From Ginglymostoma cirratum (Eukaryota): DNA of 64,000 nt. Shown piece after piece: positions 1 through 12,094 of the stretch. The position numbers and the translations under genes were made by a program. Numbering within the stretch: the first letter of the stretch is position 1; each line of letters starts with the position of its first letter. The stretch lies in assembly GCA_024137785.1 (NCBI GenBank), contig JAHRHZ010000264.1, forward strand, positions 16,271,946 to 16,335,945, given 5' to 3'. The notes beneath the pieces are model-generated. The model was not told where the DNA came from, made no database searches, and saw only the letters and a list, made by a program, of their open reading frames with translations.

Positions 1-74
1 GACCTGCTGTGTTCATCCAGCCCCATGCCTGTTATCCCAGATTCTCCAGCATCTACCGTACCTTTTATCTCTGA
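1..74 (+). mobile_element. Penelope-like (PLE) terminal-repeat fragment, cut by the window edge
   Basis: Near-identical reverse complement of 47696-47770 and similar to 48299-48339, the sequence that follows the hammerhead core in that element. Confidence 0.75.
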
Positions 75-1660
75 TTATTTGAAGATGGTTGGGCCGAGGA
101 CACTTACCTGAGAAACTTCTACAGTGGTGCCTTGTGACTGAGATGATTGACCTCTAAAAGCTGCAGTCATCTTCTGTGCTTGGTAAGACTCCAGACACTG
201 GAGCGATGCCACCCACCCATCCCAATTCCCACTGACTCCAGTTTTGCTTATGCTCCTTGATGTCAAGGCCTGTCACACTCACTTCCTCTCTTTAGTTTAG
301 CTCTTTTGTGTGTGTTTGAACCAAGGTTATGTGGCTGGCAAAACTCAAAAGGCGCATCAATGAGCAGATGAGCAAGTGCTGTCTACTAGCACTATCAGTG
401 ACACTTCCCATCACTTTGCAGATATTTGAAAGTAGACTGATGGGGACTGATTGGTTGAGTTGGATTTATGGTGTTTTCAGTGGATCAGAATTTACCTGAG
501 CAGTTTTCAATATCGGAGACTAGATGTGCAAGTCTGTGTACTGGAACAGCTTGACTACAGACACGACTAGTGATGGAGCACAATTCTTGATAGAATGTTG
601 TCAGGGCCTGTAGGCTTTGCAGTATTCAATGCCTTCAGCCATTTCTTGATATCACATGGAGTTAATCAAATTGGCTGAAGATTGGGGATGCTGGGGACCA
701 CAGGAGGCAAAGTTGTGGATCATCTACCTGGCACTTCTGGTTGAATATTTTTGCAAATGATTCAGCTTTCTCTTTTGCATTGATGTGTTTCACATCCCTA
801 TCATTGGGGATTGTGGTGCCTCCTCCTCCAGTGGGTTGTTTAATTGTCCACCACCACTTGTGACTGAAACAGTGTGTAGACCTGAACCCATTGTTAGGCT
901 CAGTTAACTCTGTCTATTGCATGATGCTTATGTTGCTTACAACACAAGTAGTCCCATGCTGCAACTTTACGCGGTTGACACTTCATGTTTACGATGCCTG
1001 TGTTGCTCCTGATATGTTCTCCTGCACTCTTCATTGAACCAGAGCTAACCTCTATCTTAACAGTAGAGTGGGGAATTTCCCAGACAAGAAGGCTACAAGT
1101 TATGTTTGAAGACACTTTTTGCTGCTGATGGTTGGCAGTGCCACATGGATGCCCAGCGTTGAGTTGCTTGAATTTGTTTGAAGTCTACCTCATTTAGCTC
1201 AATGATAGTGCTATACAACATGATAGAGGGTATCCTCATTGGGAATTAGTTGCCACAAGGAATGTACAGTGGTCATTCTTACTGATACGCTCACGCACAG
1301 ATGAATAAACTACAAGTAGTTGGCAAGACTGAGTTGAAGTAGACTTTACCCCTGTTGGTTCCCTCACTGCTTGTCTCAGGCCCAGGCCGTCAGTTGTGTC
1401 CTTTACAACTTGGCTAACTTGGTCAGTAATGTTGCTACGAAGCCATTATTGCTAATGGAACTTGAACAACCCAACCAAAGTACATTCTGAACTCTTGCCA
1501 CCTTCATTGCTTCCTCCAAATGTTTCAACATGGAAGATAGCTGATTCATTGGCGGGGAGGGTTGATGGGTAATAATCAGCAAGATGGCTTATCATGACTC
1601 ATGCCATGAGACTTCATGGGGTCTGGAGTAATTCTTGAGTCACCTAAACGCAATTCTGTA
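75..1660 (-). mobile_element. Decayed CR1/L2-group non-LTR retrotransposon ORF2 (endonuclease + RT remnants)
   Basis: Minus-strand ORF 75-266 reads LQCLESY..GQSSQSQ..VSQVSVLGPTIF (RT GVPQGSVLGP motif). ALDIK lies at ~257-271, a GDFNVHH-like remnant at ~1441-1476 and PHEVSWH near 1600-1625. Many stops and frameshifts. Confidence 0.75.
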
Positions 1661-1674
1661 CTTGTTGCTTGCAG

Positions 1675-1945
1675 TATGTTGCTTGCTGGGTCATTTCAGA
1701 GGGTATTTAAGAGTCAACTACAGTGCTGTGGATTTGAAGTCACATGAAGGCCAGACCAGGTAAGAATGGCAGATTTTCCTTCCCTGCAGGACATTAATGA
1801 ACCAGGTGGGTTTTTAGGACAATTGACAATGGCTTCCTGGTCATCATTAGATGTGCTTTTAAACAAAATTCCAGGTTTATGATTCGAGTACAAATTTCAC
1901 AATCAACCATGATGGTATGCAAACCCGTGACCCCAGAATATTAAA
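1675..1945 (-). mobile_element. tRNA-derived SINE-like head, same family as 58645-59165 and 62485-62835
   Basis: Reverse complement matches the other two copies (ctggttcattaatgtcc..gggaaggaaaatctgcc..cttacctggtctggcc..gttgactcttaa..ctctgaaatg). Confidence 0.75.
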
Positions 1946-3035
1946 CTTGTTCAGACACATGATCTCTGTTCTGGAGATCAGGAAAAGGCCTTCCCTCAGC
2001 CCACCGTACCCATCACATCCTCCCATAATCCCTCAACTTTCCCTGAAACGCAAATCTAGTGTCTACTATAAACAGAACTCATAAGCCATAGAATAGTATT
2101 CAGAATTCTTTGCAAAGCTGTGCAAGTAGGCAAATACTACTTAAACAGCCACTTTTAAAAAAAATTCTCTTCAGAAGCTCTTACATCTGTCTAAATGAAC
2201 ATGTTTACAGCATTTCCATTGATATCTGCCGAAACAAGCCCTGCTGAGCAGAATCCATTAGTGAATTGAAAGACAGACAAGCGTTCAAGTTGACATTCCG
2301 CTGATCAACTGTGTAAACAAACCTTCCTGTATAGAATAGACTAGAACCATTGAAGACAGCAAGAAGCTGAGCCATTATTTGAAGCTCTGAAATAGCCTAT
2401 GAGAGACATTGCTCAACCACAGGGGGGAAAAAAGGGTCTGGATATATTTCCGACAATAAGGTTTGGATCTGAAACTGGATAAGTCTTTCAAGATAGTATG
2501 GTGCAAAATAGCACATTGTCCAGTGGACAATCTGCTTGAATGCATCTGATGGCTTTTATTTTATTTTCACAATGCTGTTCTTTCTCTTGACAGTTTTCTA
2601 GAAGTAGCAAGTTGGAAACATCATTATAAAATGTCTGGTTAGCTTTCCAAATCAAAGCACTGATTTTACTTATGCTATCACATTTCATAATGACAGGTTA
2701 AATAAGCAAGAGCTTTTGTACTGACCTTTCACACGGCTTATCCATGGTTCACAACTTTGCTGGTGGGATTTATGTCACTTACCAAAGCCACTTTGCAATC
2801 GTCTAAATTGTGGAGGTTCCAAAAGATCCACTTCTACAATGACGCCTGTAATGTCGAGGCAGCAACAAATGGATTCCTGATCCTAATTAAAATGACCAGT
2901 ACCAAAAATGGAGCAAGGAGTCTCTGAAATTGGGTCCCACACACCATTTTTAAATGCACAACTAGACATTCGTCAGGAAGGGAATATGTGTTCCCTTTGT
3001 GTTCCTTACTGTCGCTCCTTCTATGCATACCACAG

Positions 3036-3093
3036 TGCAATTAAGTGGTAATACGAGGGGGATATTAGTCGAGGTCAAAGATTGAGCAGCTTT
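3036..3093 (+). other. Candidate 58-nt exon with stops in all three frames (poison, UTR or lncRNA exon)
   Basis: ~45-nt pyrimidine-rich tract ending CACAG at 3035 and donor TTT|GTAAGT at 3094, in non-repetitive surroundings. Confidence 0.4.
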
Positions 3094-4629
3094 GTAAGTA
3101 GAGAGGAGACATGCTGGCACTGTTTTTTTTTCGTTCCTGTGTGAACACTGCCGTTTGGCTGTGTGTTTTCCCTACTGCTTACGTAAGAACCTGAAATGAA
3201 CAGCAGGTCTGATGGAAAATGGCAAGTAGGAAATGAACAGCATGAAAAATATATTTCAGTATTGCCCAAGCCCTTCATAAATCATAAGCTTGGAGTTTGG
3301 AGAACCTAGCATGGAAATCACAATCTCTTTTAAAGCATATATAAAAATGATCCTCTTGCCTGGATGGGTGCCTGGAAATGTTCTTTGTAAAATATTAACC
3401 GAACATAGGGGGCAGATAGACAGGCAATGCATTGCCAAAACATACGGAGTGGAATTGGATGATGTCTGTATTACCACATTCATTGTATGAGTCATTTCTG
3501 TCACCTTCACAACAAAGGGTGAACATACAGGCTCGACATATACTCGCTGTAAAATTAAAACAAAACTCTGGGCAGTTTGACTAAGTCCAATTATTTGCTA
3601 TCTGTGACATGGTAATCCTGTTGTTTAAAAGGAAAATCAATTTTACAAATTGATTGTTAATGCTGTGAAGGAGTCGATGAAAGTTAAAACAGTATTTTGT
3701 TGGTGGATAACTAAATTCCATAAATTTTAAAAAATAAACACAAGTCAAGCCATTCATTCTTCCTCCTATCCCGTAGACCTGGGCTCGAGTATGCAACAGA
3801 CATTGAAAGATGTTAATGAAGATTAAACAGAATATTTCTTCTGATGTGGATTTATGAAGAATTACAGTAATTAGTAAATATATGGCTGTTGTTTATGTGT
3901 GTTAGGTGAGGTGTACTGATTCCTATTAATATTTTCACTTTCATCAAACCATCTGGAACACAAGTTGTATCAGCAGCAACCATTAATGACTGAACAGCCT
4001 GTGTCTCTCAAAACATTAATTTGTTTACTTGTGTTTTGGAGGAGTAAGGAAATACTTCTTCCTTGGAGACAAAACCTCTATCATCTCCAGTAACCTGACT
4101 CACTTTAGTAGTGTTCAAGGAAGAATCCCCTTGATTATCTTGAGCGACATTCCTATTCTGATGGGTTCTAAAGGAACAGATTTTACTTGTACCATTGCCA
4201 GTGTTTTACTGACATGTTTCCAACAATCAGTGCAAAGATACCCTGTGGAAACGTATAAGCTTTTGGGGAAACTTTCCTACTCTCTGTACCTTCTTTTGCC
4301 CTGAAGAGGATTTCTCTTCGCATTTCTAGCTTTCTCTTCTCACCCTTGGCACTTTGCCTTCCTTTCGTCCTCCCACCTTCTATCTTTCCCAGGTTCGTAA
4401 GTGTGACAGAAAAGGGTTTCCCTTGGAACAAGGCTTGTGGATAAGCTAGTAATTGTCCACCACCTCTTTGTTTGTCGAGCTTTTGAAACCTTCTGGCTTT
4501 CCACATTTGACCTCTTTGAAGCTTTCATAGGTCACCTCTGTTTTGGGTGCCTAAGTCTGACAGTAAAAGGCAAGTGCTTGACCTTCCAAAGCTCAAAGAC
4601 CCAGTTTTCCATTAGCCAGTCATTATGCC

Positions 4630-6320
4630 AGCATTGATAAAAATTGTGCGTGGGCACCCTGCAGAAGCCCCATTGTAATACACTCCTAAGGAATTGTCCG
4701 GGAAATTAAATTTCCTATTGGGCAATTTCAGTGTCCATGAAACTCTCCAAAAGTCTCTATTTAAATCAGAGATTTAAGGGGGTCCTGGTGAAATTAAGAG
4801 TTGTGAAAAGTGAGACTATTAAATAAATCATCTAACTCCCAACTAACTATTCAACAGATGACATACTTTCAGATCTTCTTGCCCAGACCACTTACACCCA
4901 CCAGAGCCCTGACATGACACCATCCTGCCCCCTCCACAGTATTGCGTGGGCTGCAATTCCTGGTCAGAAACAGTCTTGAACATGTCATTGATCATTATGG
5001 ATTGGTTATAGTCATCTCTGTGAAGTAGAAGTAACCAAAGGTGATGATGTCACCTATGGGCCACATTTCACAAAAATACAGCAAGGTTTCGTGGGCTGCA
5101 GAAGAGCACAGACCTGATTCCTCTCACCTTGATCTGTGACTGATTAGATTCAACTACAGCAGGGACTTTCATCGCTGTTGCAGAGGGGCAATGAAGGCAC
5201 AGAGGAATTCTGGCACACAAAGGGTGTGCCCACAAGTACAGGAGCAGCCTGCACCTGTAGCATTTGTAAATGTAGATTCCCTCATGATGTGCAGGAGGGC
5301 CACAATCTATTATCCTTGATGTCATTCCCTCAGCAGGAGCGAGGCACAGTGTTGGCGCATACTGATGATGTCACAGGACTGTGTCACCTTTTGGAGTAGA
5401 CATGTGATCTGAGGTGATGGGCGGCCATCCTCTCCCAATGGCTGTCAAGAAGACAGATGTGCTAAACTTTTATACAACTGGGTGCTTCCAGGGATCTACT
5501 GGGGACCTTTGTGGGATCTCTAACCCTTGACCCACAAATGTATCAAGGTTGTAATTGATGCTATTTGTGCCAGATCATACCATCTCACTTCATCGTGACA
5601 AGGTCAGTGCTGCAGCCTGAGCAGTGGTCTTTGCCAACATAGGTGGTTTTCCCCAGGTTCACGGTATGAAAGAATGGTTACACATCATGTTGAGCCATAT
5701 GAAGCAGCTGAGTTCTTCACTTGAAAAGGGTTAGGGTTAGGGTCAATCGAAATGTGATCATCAATGCCACATCTTAAAAAACTTGCGCCGGGTAACCTGA
5801 GACATGATGCCTATATCCTTGATAACTCTCATGATCCTGCTTAATTTCAACGGCCAGATGCCTTATAAAGATGGTTGCTGGGAGACAAGGGTTACTGTCC
5901 TGATCATAACTGATGATTCCAGTACACAACCCTTGGCTGAGATAGATACAGTACAGCCCATTCTTCCACCTGTGTCATGGTGAAACAGAGGATGGGTTTG
6001 TTGAAGGTGAAGTTCTGCTCTTGAATCTGTTTGGGAGAGCACTGTAGCGCACCAAATAGGTGCACCGCATAATCTTCACTGGCTGTACTCCGCACAATTA
6101 AAGTAGGCAACATGAGGGTGTGGCAGACTCTGGTCTGGGACAGTGGCAGCAGTTTTCCCAGGAAGAAGATAAGGGCATTGAGCAGGAGGAGCATTACTTT
6201 CTGCGTGTTTGAACACTGCAGTATTAAGTCCAACAAGCCGGACAGGACTTAATTGACACCAGTTCCATTGGAGAGAAATGGGTGCAGTGATCACTGTTTA
6301 CTGAAGCTGGAAAGGCAAGC
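4630..6320 (+). mobile_element. Decayed PIF/Harbinger DNA transposon with HARBI1-like transposase pseudogene
   Basis: Ordered transposase motifs: LPMAVK..LNFYTTGCFQGSTGDLCGIS (~5433-5520), GFPQVHG (~5645), HDAYIL (~5803-5820), WLLGDKGY (~5872-5895), YSTAHSSTCVMVKQRMGLLKVKF (~5947-6015). Frame broken; outer limits approximate. Confidence 0.8.
5727..5742 (+). repeat. Short interstitial telomeric-type repeat AGGG(TTAGGG)2
   Basis: Sequence agggttagggttaggg read directly. Confidence 0.6.
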
Positions 6321-6525
6321 AGCCCATTTCTGTTTCCAAAGCAGCAACAGATTCTGTTTGTTTGTTTATTGTTTGCTATTGTTGTTGAATAAAAATATAT
6401 GTATTTAGCTGTTTCGAGGTTTTTTCATGTGCAATGGTACTGCATTGAACAATGAGACAGTGTTGGGCACTGGGGAAGAGTAGATTCCTTTCAGATTCTA
6501 AGGTGGGATGAAGCTGGTGTCCTGG

Positions 6526-6710
6526 AGTCACGGAGGTGTATGGCATGGAAACAGAACCTATGGTCCAACATGCCAAGCAGATATCCTAAAATAATCTAGT
6601 CCCATTTGCTGGCATTTGGTTCGTGTCACTCTAAACCCTTCCTACTCATGTACCCATTCAGCTGCCTTTTAAATGTTGTAATTATACCAGCCTTCACCAC
6701 CTCCTCTGGC
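6526..6710 (-). mobile_element. CR1/HER1 LINE 3' end
   Basis: Minus ORF ..PEEVVKAGIITTFKRQLNGYMSRKGLE followed by a HER1-type 3' UTR shared with 36625, 46310, 50660 and 59520 copies. Confidence 0.8.
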
Positions 6711-9648
6711 TTTAGTGTCAAGTAGCAATGCCACCTACGTGTCCTGAGAATCATTGGTCTATGGTTCTCCCTGCTACAACATGCATGGTGAAGGGCAAAT
6801 TCTGGCAGACAACACTTGATTTGGTGCATGGCTTGGCTTTAAAGATGGTGCCAGTGCCAGAGATCGTGGCAGGTTCTGGCAGTGGCAAGAGAGAAGCTAC
6901 GACAAGCAGAGTTGCCTTAGGGATGTGGTGCATTGCTAATGCAGTGAGTTCCAGAAAATAACATGAGAAGCTTCAAAGGGCTTCACAGAGAGTATCCTTC
7001 TCACCAAAACTGACAAAATCAATTTTGTAAAATTCAGCCCAATGTCTCTATCCAGTAGCTTGTGTTCTTTGCAGATGCAAATTGTTTTTGTTGTTGTCAT
7101 GGTCAATGTTCTTTGCCCTGAAAAGTTAATTTTTAAAAGTTGAAGTAATACACATGTCCAGCCAATAATATTATACATTAACAAATCAATACGTCCAGCT
7201 GGTGATATCATAAATTAGTCGTTTAGATGATGACACACTTTCACGGCAATTTGATATTTGAAGATTCGATATTATTGCATGAAGCTTCAATCCATCTTCT
7301 TTCTTAAATCATTTTTCATAGCGCAAAGAGAAGGCGTAGGTTTTCACTCCTGAGATTGTTTGAGTTAAAGTTCATCAGACTGAGTTTAAACCAGAAAGTG
7401 AACTACAGCTGTGTTCTAGGACAGCGTAGAGCCTTTCAATCATGGCTCATTGAAGTCATCTCATGTAAGGTGTTACATCATACATTGGCTGCATTTTTAA
7501 TGCCAAGAGAATCGGTTCAAATTTGATGCGCAGCCTGAGTGAGAGGTTTTTTTTTCTCCTAGTGGGAAAGTTCACATTGCCATATGGTGCAAGTGCAGCA
7601 TTTATGTCAGTCAGAGGGTCACTTTCCTCATAATCCACTCCTAGTAACCTTGATATTAACCAGGCTGAAGTCTGAGGTGCAATAAGCCGCTACATTTAGC
7701 AAGTTTTACCCTCTTTCTGATCATTTTCACTTAGTACATTTTCTAACTGATAAAGCTTTTTGAATGTCTAAAAGAAAATTGAAACCATGAAAAGTCTTGC
7801 CTTTAATGAAGTTAATGAAAAAAGTTTCATCCATATTTCTGAACCTTCAAAGCTTTCCCCTCATAGTTTCTGAAAGCAGACGGGTTTAGTTGAAGCTACT
7901 GTCTTGTCATGCACTGCCAAATGTTACCTTGTTTGAAGATATGTAAGTGTATGGACAGAACTGAACATTTAACTTTTGGATTGTTAACCGATTGGAACAT
8001 CTCTTAATAAACCATTAGGAATTTTGCCCTAATTATTTAAGGCTATATTTCATAAAACTCATAAAAATGATTTATTTTGACAAATAGTCGGAAATCTAAA
8101 TGATAACTCTTTGTTCCTTTTTCATTTACGTTTTAAAATAAAAGCTTTGCAAAGTCAGAAGTATTTTATTCTATTAAGGCCTTGTTAATGTTTTCCTATT
8201 GTCAAAAGCAGGAGTGAGAAAAATGCAACACGGTCAATGTTGCTGGCTTGGGTTCATTAACAGATAAACCATCTTAATTAAAAGAGAAGCAGTCTCCTGC
8301 ATAGTTGTCCTTCATTTGTGTGCCAAAAATCCTTGCACACACCTATCTTCGGTATATGAGCAGCACAAAGGGTAATAATAGATGTCTATATAAAGTAACC
8401 AGTGAAACTCTACATTAGGCAAATCTGTCATCCATTTCCATTTTTTGAAAAGAGAAAGCATAATCAAAAGCCTAAATGACAAAGACTTGACAGTAAGATT
8501 CTGTTGCAAATGATTCCTGAGTCGCCAGCCTGTGGAGAAGCTGAAGAAGTTCCCAGCAGACCTGATTAATTCTAGTTTCTCCAGCTGCCAGGGGAGCAGA
8601 GGCTAAGCAGTTTCACAGAGAGGAGCCTATTACTGCTACCAGGCTGAAATAGATCTAATCAACCAACAGCAGCTCCAAAGGAAACTTTACAAGTTCAGCT
8701 CGCTGAGGCAGTGCTTTTAAAATGAGAACTACAGAGAATCACACAACTTTCAACACATTTTAGGAAGACAATTGTTTATGCTTTGGTGAAGATGCACTAA
8801 TTTACAGAATGCAACATTTTATTAAAAGTTCCTAATCCTGTTTGTCTTCATTCCTCTCGGGTGGTGTTGCAATGAATTTCTTTTAGGTTTGTGGCCATTC
8901 GAAGTGTAACAAAATAAAAATTTCGGCGTATTTGTTGTGGGCCTAACTAGTTTTGCCATTTAATTTTGAATAATGCAGTTGTGTCATTTGTCACTGAAGC
9001 TACAAAATGCTGAACAGTGCAATTTGATCAAGGCTCAATATTCCTGCTGAGGTAATCAGCAGCTCACCAATATATTAGCATGAGATGGTAGAAGTGGCAA
9101 AAAGTCAGAAATCAATTTCCAAACTTTCAGGTTCAGTGTCATGCTGCATTTTAATATACTTCTCAACTTTTCCTAATTATTAAAACATTATTGACATTAA
9201 ACATTGACCAAACTAATCGTGAATTAATTAATTGTGTTTGTAATTATCGTTTGGATTTAACTGGCACTTAAATCCAAATATTAAAAAAACACACATGGGG
9301 AATATTACAGATAAAATGAAGACAATTGTACATATAAGCCGATCATTTAAAAAAATGGAATTAGAAAATGCTTTGATAATAGTTTTCTACTCCCTCATGT
9401 TTCCTTTGCCTCAATAATTATCCAAAATAGTGATCAATAAAAATATTTTTATATATTTATGTATATATCAGTTTTGCTGGCCAATGGTGCTTCATTCAAC
9501 AGACCATATTTTGTGTGTGCATGGATGGAGAATGTCAGTGCTGTCTTTAACCAGATTGTCAGTGTCATCATTGAATCTAATCACGACTTCACCACACATG
9601 CACTTTCCAGCATGTGTCCCTGTGTTGTGTACGGGAGCAAAAGCATTT

Positions 9649-9829
9649 CATAGAATCCCTTTTCGGCCTATCAAGTCTACACTGACCCTCTGAAGACCAT
9701 CCCACCCAGACCCACACCCCTACCCTATCCCTGCAACCCTGCATTTCCCATGGCTGATCCAGCTAACCTGCACATCCCTGGACACTATGGGCAATTTAAT
9801 GTGGCCAATCCACCTAATCTGCACATCTT
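9649..9829 (-). mobile_element. HE1-type (V-SINE) shark SINE, 3' part
   Basis: Reverse complement reads aagatgtgcagattaggtggattggccacattaaattgcccatagtgtccagggatgtgcagg..gggtctgggtggg..gggattctatg, typical of HE1. Confidence 0.75.
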
Positions 9830-10020
9830 AGAATTCGTCAATTCTCCCCATCCCCTAAATCCGACCCTAGCCTTAATTCACATGTTCCTTTTCATAATGT
9901 CTACTTAAATATTTACATAATGTTAACACAAAAAATAACCTTATACCTAATTTCTTTCTTCTGTAGTTTGACCAGATGCTAGCTAATGAAAAGCAAAAGT
10001 ACTCATGCATTTTCTTTCAG

Positions 10021-10032
10021 ATGTGAAAGTCT
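10021..10032 (+). CDS. Candidate 12-nt frame-preserving microexon (ATGTGAAAGTCT)
   Basis: Acceptor catgcattttctttcag with nearby UGC, CTAAT branch-like site at ~9983, donor TCT|GTATGT. Confidence 0.2.
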
Positions 10033-10829
10033 GTATGTGGGCAGACTTGCAAAATATGCTATGTTTAATGATATTTAATGCGCATTTACACCAATAGTTC
10101 TAGTTCATTTCCTATATTCTTCCTTTCATAAAGTTGCAGTTCTGAGTAGAATGGAACAGCCAAATTACTTCTGGCATTTTTCACCGTCAATGACAAAATA
10201 TGCTTTATAAGGAGGTCTGATATGGCCAAAAGTGGGTATGAATGTAAATTCAGTGGCTGGCTTCAGAGATACTGTTAGGAAATAATGTTGTGAAAAATTG
10301 TGAAATAAAATTCAAACAGACTAGTTTGTGATCAGTTGTGACTACAAGATTTTTGGCGACTGATGACCTACTGATGAACAATAAACCACCACCTGCAGAT
10401 TATGACCCAGCCAACAGACACATTTTGTGTTCCTTGCTTTGAAGAATTTAAAGGACAGGGGTTCAAACCAAGTTTCAACTTGACTGGAGTAGACTAATGG
10501 GGTAAACACCCTCATGTTACCACCTATGTTCAAGAATTAATGTGCTATGAAGGTCATGTTTAAAGAACAAGTTGTGTCACAGGTAGAGACCAACTCTTTC
10601 ACTTCAGGTGCAGTAAACCTGTTAAAAAAAGATATAATCAAGACAAAGGAACTTCAATCAGGCTATGAAACCAAAATCCAAAAAAAAATGTCAAACTACA
10701 AATGTCAACACTACTGATTGCCTCCACTGCAATATTCAACTATACTCTCTTTGTGAGTGAATGAGAGACTGAGCTGTATATGTTTTATGTATTTTTGGTT
10801 TTATTTTTGGACTCATCTTATTTCGAACC

Positions 10830-10857
10830 TGTGTGTGTGTCTGTGTGTGTATGTGTA
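10830..10857. repeat. Imperfect (TG)n microsatellite
   Basis: tgtgtgtgtgtctgtgtgtgtatgtgta. Confidence 0.8.
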
Positions 10858-10894
10858 TCATGTTACTAACTCTTCTAATCATTAGTAATTATTA

Positions 10895-11745
10895 GGAACA
10901 CAGGAATAGGATTAGGCCATTCAGCCCATCATTCTATATGATCATAGCTGATGGAATGTTTCGTTGCCTATTACTTATCTCACATCCATAACCATGTACA
11001 CTACCGGTAATCAGAAACCTGTCAGTCTTGACCTTAAATATGCTCAAAGGCTAATCCTCTACAACCCAACATGGTAGAGAATTTCAAAGATTCGCAACCC
11101 TCTAAGTAAGCTAATTTTCCCTCATCTTGGACCTAAGTAGCATCCCCCTTACTTTTAAATTGTGCCCCGCGATTTTAGACTCCTCAACCAGGGAAGTATT
11201 TTACCAGCATCTACCTTCTAACTATTTTGTAAGTTTCAATAAGATCACCATTCATTCTTTGAAACTCCAGAGAATCCAATCCCAATTTTCCGCATCTATC
11301 TTCTTAGGACAGTCCGCCAACCCAAGAATAAGTCTGGTGAACCCATTTTGCGCTCCATCTATGGCAATAATATCTCTCTGAAGACAAGGAGTCCACAACT
11401 GTACACATTATTGCCAGTGTGGTCTAACCAAGGTCCTATAAGTTTGAAGCATGACTTAAATATTTGTACTCCCAAATCCTTCTGCAATAACATTCTATAT
11501 CATATCGACAAGAACAGCTATGTCCTTTTGTACAACTGCACTTTTGAGCCTCTTACCACTCTGCACCTCCCTTTCTCCTACTAAAATAGATAATCTCACA
11601 TTTTTCCAAATTATTTTCTGTCTTCCATGTTCCTGCCCATTGTCTAAATCCTCTTGAAGCCATCTTCCACACAATGCACATACCTGCTTAGCTTTGTATC
11701 ATCGACAAAATTAAAAATATTACATTCGTTCCCTGCCTCCAAATA
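10895..11745 (-). mobile_element. CR1 LINE 3' portion
   Basis: Typical CR1 tail (gaacacaggaataggattaggccattcagccc) plus RT C-terminal remnants; FVDDTK-like reverse complement at ~11694-11711. Confidence 0.75.
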
Positions 11746-12094
11746 TGATGATAAACTGACTTTTTAGTAATTGATGAAAGCTTGGTTAAGTTGGCTGCTT
11801 CTAAAAAGTGGTTTAATTGGTTCTGAGGGAAAGGTACCCACAAGACAAGGGATCCAGTTTGAAATTAACCTTGTTACAATCAAACGAGAGCATGGGTTCC
11901 ATTTTTGGGCGAAGTGTTTGATTCAATGGAAAACTGTTGTGAAGAGCTACAAAAGAAGTTGTGATTGCTGCCCCACAAAATAATGTTCATGTATAGCTAT
12001 GAGAGTTAACTGAATTGCTGCATAATTATCATGTTGCACTTATTCTTCATGTTGTGTTATTTAAAGACTTTTTAACATTCGTCTCTCAACTGGG

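Noticed and set aside
4029-4560. Cluster of 60-107 aa ORFs, possibly an LTR-element remnant
   Set aside because: No diagnostic motif recognised.
7867-7942. Possible exon ending TAT|GTAAGT
   Set aside because: Acceptors are mediocre and all frames are closed; not supportable without RNA data.
9967-9999. FDQMLANEKQK after an AG, resembling a myosin tail peptide
   Set aside because: No adequate donor, an in-frame stop follows, and there are no other myosin exons nearby.
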